64,000 nucleotides of DNA from Setoptus koraiensis. Taxonomy: Eukaryota; Animalia; Arthropoda. How positions within the stretch are numbered: position 1 is the stretch's first letter; every line of letters starts with the position of its first letter. Location: contig CM106586.1 of assembly GCA_048013815.1 (NCBI GenBank), positions 2,232,001 to 2,296,000 on the forward strand, in the 5' to 3' direction. A model generated the notes under the pieces. The model had not been told where the DNA came from. It worked only from the letters and a program-made list of their open reading frames with translations, and searched no databases. Shown here in pieces: positions 50,991 through 61,631 of this stretch. A program made the position numbers and the translations under genes.

Positions 50991-51245
50991 TCATTGTGAA
51001 ATATCGGAATCACTACTACTCCAGCTATGTTTACCCTTCTTTTTCAGCCTCTTATCTGCCCAATTTCGAGTATATTTAATTAACTTTCGTTTTATTGGTT
51101 TATTGTAACGACGCCAGAATGAGCGTAATGATTTTCTTGCTCTCCTCTTGATCTTGTCTCTATTATTTAACCATAAATCGGATTTTTTTATCTCTTTGAT
51201 TGCGCGATGAATACCTCTGGCCACTTTAACCAAACCGATAGACAT
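50991..51245 (-). CDS. Hypothetical highly basic 84-aa protein (orphan; possibly the last exon of a longer gene)
   Basis: True ATG; 84 stop-free codons in AT-rich, non-microsatellite DNA; 16 K + 12 R; internal W-x6-IKR repeat. No homolog recognised. Confidence 0.4.
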   Translation of the reverse strand: MSIGLVKVARGIHRAIKEIKKSDLWLNNRDKIKRRARKSLRSFWRRYNKPIKRKLIKYTRNWADKRLKKKGKHSWSSSDSDISQ

Positions 51246-53437
51246 CTTCTTTCTTAGAACATCAATTGTTGCTATAATAAGTATGCGATGGGATAGTCAG
51301 ATTAGATAATATCCAGTATGATCGAATATAATATTTTCAAAATTAATAAAGCGAAGAAAGAGTCAAGAATTGGTATATCAATACTATCTTGACTTGAAAT
51401 TGAAATAATTATGAAATCAGACACACTAACCGTATCAACTTGAGCACCACCTTAGCTAAACATTGTATCAGATTACAAAATCGCCAAATATTTCATCAAT
51501 AATTATTCGCTTTTTACAAGTTATTAGTGTTTCAGTCAGAGTGATTTGGTACAGAGGCACCAGCTATCGACAGCGGAAGATTTAGATAAACAAAATGTCT
51601 CTCACATCTTTTCGTCTCGGATGCTTTTTTTTTCTTATATAAGAATAATTGAAGACATTCTAATTTCATTTCTCCTGATAATATGTTCGATGCTCGATTT
51701 GTTGCGTTTTTCATGCAATAAAAAAATTTAGACTTTTTAAAAATAACTCCGACAAACAACGGCTGCAATCAATCTGATTGCAGCAACGGTAGTGATTTGA
51801 TCTGAATTCTAGTACCGAATATTATTCAGATAACAAGTTAATATAAAAAATGGGGCCAAGGCTGATCGATGATAGTGCAAAGTGCAGAGACGGTTATCGG
51901 TCCGACAAGCAGTAGTCGTTGGGCCGCACTTTCTAAATTCGTATAGAGATCAACAGATTCCTCAAGTCAGTTACTTTATTCGGCTTAACCAATTTAAACT
52001 AACTGTCGATCAGCAATTACAAGAACTTTACATTGATCAATGCCTCTGGATATTACGCAATCAGGATCGTGATATATGTTTCCAAATGAAGCGAAAATTC
52101 ACAAGTGGTGGTAAGATTGCAAAAAGAAAGAATACGATCGAACAATAGATAGAGAGGATATTCTACCTACTGTGTATTGCATATATGAAGCTCTTTTGCA
52201 GTCACATGAGTCTCGTTATGAAATGTTGTTCGTTTGAATTGGCCAGGTCATAGTTTGCGATCGGTATGTTTTTTACCTTCATCGATCTCCTTCCAACCAC
52301 CAACATTATCAAATCAAATGAAACACTTGCCAGTCAAACTCAATTAGCCCAATATAAGCACAAATTAGACCCGGTTATCGTTCGACGTTTGTCTAAATGG
52401 AGCACCAAGTAATCAATCAAGATCATTGCCAATCGCGTTGTGTCTTGCGATTTGTCATTCTACGATTAGTTGTTGACTAGTAGCGTCACCTGTCGTCGAA
52501 TAGCATTGATCGATTTGAGAGTTGAGAGTTTAAAAGTTCATCTACTCAATTAACTATATAATACTATTAGTATTATAATAACAAATTAACACAACATATT
52601 TTCACACTTACAGTTAGCTGATACGACGATATTTCCTGTATGTTTTTTCACTTGAGTCTAGTCTTGCTTGTTTTTTTTTCACAACGTTTGCGTCATGTTT
52701 TTCAGAAACGCTTCACAGTTACAAAGCAGTACAAAACTGTAACAGTTTACATATAAATGGTGATGAATGCACAACTCACTCTTACATAACTTCACGTTAC
52801 TTTACCTGAAGCATTGAAAGTAGTCGAATAGAAATGACCAGTATGTAAGGTGTTGTTTATATTGTCGCTAGTGAGTAGCCGAAAGGCTCACTAACAACAT
52901 CACTGACATTATTATAAACACACAGTTTATGGTGACAATGCACCAGATGAAAATTGCGGTTATTTGTTTTTTCATCAATGTCACTTGTAAATGATTACAA
53001 CAGGCAAGACAAGACATTATTGATAGTTTTAGACATTTAGATATACGATGATATGTTTATGTTAATCAAACATTTATTGATATATAATGAGCAAAGTATT
53101 GTGTGATACAGTAACAATTGATAGCAATATAACAACAATACTGTCAATACACTAAACTAGTTAATTGTATCAACTGGTCAGTGTTTACTTTTTTTTATAA
53201 ATAGGTAAATGTGATGAAATAAAAACCTAACATCCGTTCATTCCTTTTTTGTTTCTTAATTAGACAAGTTGTGAGTGAGAGTGTAACAAAGGTACTTTTG
53301 GTTGCTTATACTTGTGATGTTTGAGTGAGTCCATGTTTAAATCTATTCAAACATATGCAAATGGAGTTCAAATCATATTGTTGTCTACATGATGCATGAC
53401 ACAATAAACTTATTGCCACCGTTTCTGTTATCTCATG

Positions 53438-54404
53438 TCAAATCCAGACAGAATTGTCGTTGTCATCATGATTATCTGTGTCTTGTTGTTTTCGTATATT
53501 CGTCGTCGTTTTGTCATTGTCATTGAGCGTTTGCTGTTTCTTTCTTATGTGACCTAGCAGCGTTGTTGTTGTTGATGACGCAACATCAGAACTTTTACCA
53601 ATACTTGATGAGGCCTCTTTATTATCTAACATTTTCAAGGCAACCTCTTTCGAATCGACATTGTGCAATGAGCTGACCGTTAGTTGTTGTTGTTGTTGTT
53701 GGCGCTGTTGTTCTGATGTCAGTGTTGCCTTCCAAGTGTTCAAAGGTATCGAGGACGAGGCCGATGATGGACAGGTGGTTGTTGTTATATTAGAATGAGT
53801 CGAAGTCGGTTCACTAATTGATACCAGATATTGTGATTCTTTTTCACAACAGTCACGTGATTGTTGTTGTGTCAATTGTGACTTCGCTTGTTGTTGCTCA
53901 AGTTGAAGCTCATTCGATTCATCCTTTTGACCAGTGTTTATTTTGTCAATCGCACTTACACTGTCATGATGATTGATGTCCTTTTGTTCACCATCAACTT
54001 GAATTAAATAATTTTGCTGCTGTTGCTGTTGATTTTGTTTACTAACCGATAAATTATCTACATCATCATTACCATTCGGAATAATATCCATCATATGCCT
54101 AACAGTTGATTCTTGTTTGCGCTTATTATTGGTTAATAGTGGCGCTTGCTGATGTAAATTGTTTTGCTTAGATGAGCTCGTATTTGAAGCAAAACTTTTG
54201 ACTCTTTGATTGTTATTTGCATTGACATTGCTGCTGTTGTTTGCAGTTAACAACGTTTTCGTTGCAGTTCTGGAGGCTCGATAATTTGAATAGAGGCCAG
54301 CACCAACAGAATATTGATTTCTAACTGTTTGTTGTGTGCCATTTGGTCCATTGCAGCCCCCATAACACAGGCAACAAAATACGTGCTTAAAACCTCGTCT
54401 AAAT
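53438..54404 (-). CDS. TkR-like last exon (helix 8 and long C-terminal tail)
   Basis: Acceptor TATAG/A; in frame with track ORF 53438..54253. Confidence 0.85.
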
Positions 54405-56781
54405 CTATACTTGCAAATGTCGCATTTTTAGCAAGTTCAAATACAACAAACTTATTAATATCATCAAGTAAGGCTAAAAATTTAGAAATTTACAACAGAC
54501 GATTATCAAATACTTACTTCGAGTTCATGAAATATATTATGATTGGATTATACATTGAGTTCGACATTGCTAGCCAATATAAAAATAAATATGTCCTCTG
54601 ATCTGTTCTGTGGCCATAAAAACCGGCAACAAACACGGCATGATAGGGAAACCAACATAACGCAAATATGGTCACAACCACAATCATCATTTTTACAATC
54701 TAACAAGGGAAAATAATCAAGATTGACACATATATGACAAAATTAGATTTCAATAGATGCATACGGTTTTGGAAAAATATTTTATGCGATTATGTTATCA
54801 TTTTCACAGCAACTACCTTCTTTTTTGCCAGTATCCCTTTGAGCTGTTTATCAGTGTTCTCACCAATAGCTTGAGAGCCCCAGAGTTCACTTCCAACCTG
54901 ATAATAGATTGTTGAAAGGAAGGATATGATGAGTGGTTAGCAAAGTGTGCTATAATTCAATGTTATACTGTTGCGATGATAGGATTGTATCACCATGTGT
55001 GAACAATGGTTATACGGGCCCACTATTAGGCTCTTTTGGCTGGTGGCTCTTGATCATGGACGAGAGGTGTGCAAGAGGAACATTTGGTTACTCTATACTC
55101 TAGCACGCACTGATTATTTATTGCAATTTCCATTTTCATATTAGCGTATCTGAGAATCGTTTGTGCGGAAATTTCGGAGATTTCAGATATTCTAGAAACA
55201 AAAGGCTCTTACGCTGTTGTTAGAGATTTTTGCCTTGCTAGCCAATTGGCGAATAAATATCGTGCGACTATTACGGGGTCAGTGAGCAGTTGAGGTATTG
55301 AAAATTCGGTAGCACGCCATTCGTGTTAATGGTGTCCCATTATAAACACGTGTTTTATCAAAACACTTAATCTTTATCTCAATGTTGTTTCACTTTTAGC
55401 ATGACCAGTGCTGAAGATATTGCACAAGATTGCAAGATTTTGTTTGAGCAAAAGTAAGAGAGTGGACCAAAGTCAAATAGTAAAATGGGCAAGCTTGATT
55501 GATGAGGCCAGCAAAAAGAGGGCCAACAACAGCATGCAATATAATGTGAAATAGCATCTCATCAAAATAATAAATCATCATTCAAGCAAGCAGTTAAATA
55601 AGATTATATGTATTGTATTTAGGGATGATTATACAGCACAACAAGCTTGACTGGCTGTCTTGTTATTCTCGTTCTGTCTAGTTATGTTTGCGATAATAAT
55701 GGCATCGAATTATTATGGCCGAAGAACACTGAGATCGAGAGCAAAAGCAGCATTATATTTATATGAGAGAAACAGAAGTAGCAAGAATGAATCATTTATC
55801 ATTTCATATTTATATGCCATTGAGTAATTGTTGAGCCGAGTCTCGGCAAACAAATCGCTCTTATCTGTTTGCACAGCCATTTCTGGCGTTGTTGCTGGTG
55901 TTGTTGCTGGTGTTGTTATTGCTGTTGTTGCTGGTGCTGTTAATGGTGGCAGCTGAAAGTAGAGATGTGCTGAGATTTCCAGAGAAACATAAAACACAAA
56001 CGTTATTAGCTCATCGTCCGCTCTAAACGAACAAGAAGAACACTCAAAATGACGATGATAACACACCGAGCAGCACAAGCTGCAAACAACGGGGGCCTTG
56101 TCACCTGGATTAACACACCAGAATTCATCTTGTTGACTTTGGATGAGAAACAAGTCAACTGTCTCTGGCACTGGCACTGGCACTCGCTCTCTTTCTCTGC
56201 TTGGTCATGGTTTCAGGTCATCGGATTGAGCAGTCGGATTGACTGAAATAATGTGGCGCAAGATCGCATGTAACATACCTTGTAGTATAACAGGGCCATG
56301 GTGACTATCGGAACAACATAAGTTACTATTAATATGACAACATTGTAGCTAATAACGGATCAAATAGTGATTGATCAAAAGGTGATAGTTGTTGTTGATG
56401 GAAACAGTTGTTGAGCAAAACAGAACAGGGCAATATTACAATAGATAAGATTCATTAGATTGATTAATGGCCCATTAAAACAGTTCTATTGCGTTGTGTA
56501 ATAATCTAATAATCTAATGATAGATATGGTATCGTGCAATAGATATATTATTGACTACTTACATGTGATCCATTGAACTATTTGGGGACATTCCATCTGG
56601 CCAAACAATGGCACACATAATGCGCGATTGTTCACCGTTACTCAATTTCTCCTCTATTGTGTCGGAGTAAATTTGATTTGGAGCGGCCAATAAAACAGAT
56701 AAAGACCAAATGCCTATGATCCAACATAAAGCGGCTCTATGTGACATTCTAGGCTTCAATGGATGGAGAATGGCATTGTAC
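53438..56781 (-). CDS. Tachykinin/natalisin-receptor-like class A GPCR (TkR99D/TkR86C family), 3' part from the DRY arginine to stop: join(56563..56781,56279..56348,54817..54897,54518..54699,53438..54404); 5' exons not located
   Basis: R/YNAILHPLKPRMS (ICL2), TM4 IIGIWSLSVLLAAPN, ECL2 RIMCAIVWPDG, TM5 YNVVILIVTYVVPIVTMALLYYK, ICL3 VGSELWGSQAIGENTDKQLKGILAKKK, TM6 IVKMMIVVVTIFALCWFPYH, TM7 YWLAMSNSMYNPII, helix 8 KFRRGFKHVFCC. ELWGSQAIGE and WLAMSNSMYNP are characteristic of arthropod tachykinin-type receptors. All four introns are GT..AG and phase-compatible. I cannot distinguish TkR99D from TkR86C. Confidence 0.9.
54518..54699 (-). CDS. TkR-like exon (TM6-TM7)
   Basis: Acceptor TTGTTAG/ATT, donor AA/GTAAGT; CWFP motif. 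Confidence 0.92.
54817..54897 (-). CDS. TkR-like exon (ICL3)
   Basis: Acceptor TTATCAG/GTT, donor AAG/GTAGTT; 27 codons. Confidence 0.9.
56279..56348 (-). CDS. TkR-like exon (TM5)
   Basis: Acceptor TTATTAG/C, donor AAG/GTATGT; P5.50 and Y5.58 present. Confidence 0.9.
56563..56781 (-). CDS. TkR-like exon (ICL2-TM4-ECL2)
   Basis: Acceptor TATCTAG/G, donor AT/GTAAGT. Confidence 0.9.
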
Positions 56782-58970
56782 CTAGATAACATATCATTTG
56801 ATGACAATGCCACCAATTGCAATAACAATAATAAATGAATGATAATAATGTGCATTTTTCAGTTAGTGGTTCAGCTTATGACCGAAGCAATCTTACAGGA
56901 TAGTCTAATGATGGTCATCTTAATGTGTGACTGTCTAAGAGATAATGTGATAAATGTTGGTAAGTTATGATTATAAGAGAGGCCAAAGAAAAAGTCACTC
57001 TTGAGATGTAGTTGGCTAACTTATTTATTATTCTATTTATATTTTGTTTGTGTATTGATTGCGCTCTCCGAAACGAACAACTCCTCTTGTTGACCACCTA
57101 AAACCACCACAAAACAGCTCTTTAGTCTCATAATTACTATGGTTTGGATCTCGATAGATCAACACAATAGCACGAGGCAAGAACTATATTATGTGGAGCA
57201 TTTCGAGGATCTGCTGAGAAATATAAATTACTCGAGCGAGGTTAAATGAAGCGGCTGAATAAGAAAAAAAAGAGAGAATGAGGAAGTCTTCTCTCAAGAA
57301 ATAAATTTATGCCAATGAGCGAAATTTGTTGACTTCTCACATCAGTATAGATCGTAATGATAGATGGCGCCACTACAAAAGAAGGTTCCCCTTGACCGTC
57401 GATGCTTAGACAGGATTACATAGCGGACTTTTTTTATGCAGGAGCTGCTTTCGATGATGATATGCTTTTCATGATTGGTGCTCCTATCGCTAGTGATAGT
57501 GTTGATATTGAATTGATCATAGGGTAGTAGGTCTTGCGGTAGTATAAATAGCCGATGAGCTGCATTTAGAGCGATCATACAGTTTGAGTTACATTTATAG
57601 TCAGGGAGCAGACATAACAATGGAATGACAACAATAGAATCTCATGCTAACAACTGATTGAAAATAATATGAAAAACGGAAGTGTTGGACTGTATAAATA
57701 GATAGATGCTTGCATGTGTGCCCTGAATAGAATAGTGGCGGATATATTTAGACGAAGAAGATGAAGCAGCACGGGACAAGCTGACAGAGGCAAAAAGATG
57801 AAAAGGTTTCAGTTGTCATAATGTTGACATGAATTTATTCATCGATCACATAATATATCAATGATACAAACGTTACGTAATACTCGAATGAGAGAATAGT
57901 TTGTCAACTTGGCAACTACTGGCAACGCAATTCTGCTAGCAAATAAAGATGAATTTTATATATGATTCTACATTTGATCACTGTGAGACATATGTGATAG
58001 TTACAGCAACCAATAAGTGAGCGTGAAAAAAGAATTGATGCTTGATTGAAATTTCTTTGATTTTTGGTCTCTTCGGAATGAAATCGGAATGAAATCGGAA
58101 TGAAATGGTTGGTCTATTTTTGGTATGTTGCGCTATTTGCACGATTGGCAAACGTTTATTTGCATATAACTGATGGCCTATCTTTTCTTGACATTGCACA
58201 CCAACAGACAGTTAGAGGGGATAAGATGCATTTGATTGGACAGATAAGTTGCGCGTGTTTCACTTGTTTGCCGACAATAGTATAACATAAAACATATACT
58301 CTGTAGTTAGCAACTGTAATCGATCGATTACATAACATTAACATTGGCATTAGCATTAACATTAACATTGTAGCAATAGCTTATAGTATAGTTTTAGTAT
58401 ATAAGTAAGTGTCATTTAGGATGGTGTTGCTATCAAATAGGAGCAAGATAAAATGAGATTGACAACAAATTTAGACGAACAAACGAATGTTGTCGTTGTT
58501 GTTGTTGATGGCTAAGATGAATGGACTGGTAAATAGTATACTAATAGCATGAAATGAAGAAAGATCAAATTAATCACATGGTGTTAGAATGGACTATTAC
58601 TATTGATTGCTCCAGAAGTGGTCAAAGCAAATCAAGTAGCACTGTATCGGTACTTTGTTTGTGATGGTCATTTGTGTTTGAATAAACACAGTGGAGAAGC
58701 AAACGGACCGAAGCAGATACAGCGCACTGTATAATGAAATGGCAGCAATGAAAATCAACTTAGCAAATATTACAAATTCAATATGATAAACGATTGTTGT
58801 TGTCGCTGTTGATTAGCAGCTGCTTTTAGTTAGATGTTAACTGGTCAACAACTCTCACTATAGCTTGCTTATATTGTATATTTTGTTTGACCGCTATATG
58901 CCGTTAGTTATATATCAATGCACTAACTCTCTATCACTGTTTCGAGACTCAATAAAGTCAAATGATCAAT

Positions 58971-59026
58971 ATTGGCCGATATTGGCCGATATTGGCCGAT
59001 ATTGGCCGATATTGGCCAATATCGGC
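58971..59026. repeat. Tandem repeat, quasi-palindromic 10-bp unit ATTGGCCGAT, 5 copies plus inverted partial ATCGGC
   Basis: Read directly; the fifth unit ATTGGCCAAT is a perfect palindrome. Confidence 0.92.
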
Positions 59027-61631
59027 AAAGCAACGGGATTAAAATAGATAGAGAGGGAGAAGGAGAGAGACTAGACGAGACGAGATGAGTTGAGACGAGA
59101 CGAGACGACACAACAAGAATAAAGAAACCGAGCAACCGGGAATTGGCTTCTTATTGCCACTATGGTTACATTGGAAGCGCGCCTTGACCAACTTGCAGCA
59201 ACCCATTATAACTCATAATACATACGCTGGGTATCATCAACTATAACGACATCAAACGACTCAAATATCCACTAATGCTTCCAGCTAACCGACGACCGGC
59301 ATTACATTAGCAATATAGCATGTAGCACGAGCCAGCAAATACTTAGCTATTATTGAGACTTGACTTGGCTCCTCAACTGTCTCATCTGGCACATAAATGG
59401 CGCCTCTTATGGACGTTGATTGTCTCAGCTCACTGTCGTATCGGATAGTGGCTAAGCTTGTTAGCTTAATACGGCCACATGTTTGACTAGCTTTAGTTTG
59501 GTTTAGTTTATAGCAAACTAGACTCGACCCGACTCAAGCTCGCCAATAGCAAGCAACTATGATTCGTAGATGAAACAACAAGCTGCTTATTTCATGTCAA
59601 ACAATATGGACTGGCTTTGGCATTAAATTGGTCCATTGGTCTGGCTAGTAAGGCAATTCGATTTATACCATATAACAAGCTTTGTCCAGCTAGAGAATGT
59701 CAGTTAGGCCAACCAACTAACTAACTAACTGGTCAACGAGTAAATACATCATGTTCTAGATCAATAATAATAATAATCTATACTGAGTTGCCTCAAATTA
59801 GTTGCAGTTGCAGAATTATGGTACAAGCTGGTCGCTATTGGTCATCGGTAAGTGGCTATCGGTGATTGGCCAGTGGCACAACTGGCACAAGTTTTGCGCT
59901 GGCCGGCAAACAAATACTAGATAAATACGTGTGAATTGGTGTGATATATAGAATGTATCGCTGAGAATAAGCTAGCCGGTTTATTATACAAATTCGTGTC
60001 GATTATTAGCACTCCACGAAAAACTGTTTATCGTGTTGACCAGTGACTCGGTAGTTGCATGGGGTTTGTTTCAATAAACGATTATGTCTATCTACATAAA
60101 TACTGTCGCCGATAATTAATCTTCAGGTAAAAACACAGGCACGTGTAAAATTAGTTTGTGTCTCCGTTTCAACGACCACAACTGTCTGCTTTTTTTGGCA
60201 TAAAACACTGCTGCAATAACTAGTTTGGTATTGCTGGCAGTAGCGACTTGAACTTGAAGTCCGTCACTGTGTATGAGGCTGACAATGGCTTTTGTGAAAA
60301 AATCTCTCATTATTTGCATAGGATGCCAGCAACTATCTGTCAAGCTGAAACATCAGCATGTCTTGTTTCGACAGCATCAGTAGTCGATGAGTAATGATCC
60401 AAATGAGTGTGATATATGATATATGAGATGTGTTTGTTGGATAGAATACGAACACCACTGATTGCAGACAGAATAAGCGAACGAAATGAGAAAATTAACG
60501 CTAAAAATACAATGCAATTGTTAGTTGGTTTGGTCTGATACAATTCAATCAGTTCAATAGCATCGCATATACAGAATAGTATCAATGGATAGCTTTTATG
60601 CTGTTGCAATCACTTTATATTAATATAATGCATATGATCTATCTAATTAGTATCTGTAGCAAGCATGTATGCAAGTAAATGTAGTAAATAGTATGGCTAA
60701 CAGTGGCAATAATTGCTGGTGTTTAATGGATGTAATCTGGTCATTATGGTCGGCTTACAATGACAACAAGCTTGCGTATTGTAACAACAAGCTAAAAACT
60801 GTTAGTTGGTTGATGGGCATTAGTTAGACTGTCATTGCTTGTTGCAACTGTTAATCGGTTGTTGTTTGGATCGAGTGAGCAAAACGTCGCTGAGTGATAC
60901 TATCAATTAGACGACAATGTATTCCATGGTCGTAGGCAAACAAACGAACAAATAAAACAAACACAATTATATAATAATATATAATGGCAAGTAATGATCA
61001 TTCAACGGATAATAGGTTTATTCTATTGTTTTGGCGGCTGCGAGCTGGCATTTGGGGTTGCTTTTGTCGTTGGTATGAGCTTGCTCTTGTTAGTAGTGTA
61101 ATGGTAGTATAATGGGCCAACCAACCAATGTCCATAATATATATAAAATAATATCTCTGTTATTATATAATATATCTGATAGCTGATATTGACAGTGGAC
61201 GAGCAATAGCGCCACTACTATTAGTATTAGCTGTTACATGCTAGTGAGATGCTATGCAACTCACTAGCTATTGCAATGCTATTTCGATCGAAAAAGTCAG
61301 TCATGCCCGAGTGTAACAATCGCTTACTTATCATTCTCAGGCCTGGCCCACAGACACGCCTAAAGCCATACATTATGTAACGGAAATTAATAATGGCGAT
61401 CAAAGTTAGATGAATGGACATAATAGAATAAACAGAGTAGAAGAATAAGAAGAAGTTTGGGCCAAGCAACCAACCGACAAAGGAGCATCCCCCATTTACC
61501 AGTCGCCAGTCGCCAGCTATCCATTTACCCATTTATCCATTTACCCATTTACCCATTTATCCATTCAAACTAAACGCCCATTCATGTGGGGCCAGCCATT
61601 CTTGTTATGTGCAGCACTTACATCTTGGCTG

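Noticed and set aside
55713-56183. 156-aa minus-strand ORF inside the GPCR intron
   Set aside because: Non-ATG start and part repeat-derived (PATT); the flanking GPCR exons already join into a canonical TM5-ICL3 sequence.
25846-57095. Shared 13-mer CTCTTGTTGACCA at ~25848 and ~57085
   Set aside because: Tens of 13-mer matches are expected by chance in 64 kb, and the flanks do not align.
56915-57097. NKLANYISRVTFSLASLII as the missing TM3 exon
   Set aside because: No conserved Cys3.25 or D-R end and no suitable phase-2 donor.
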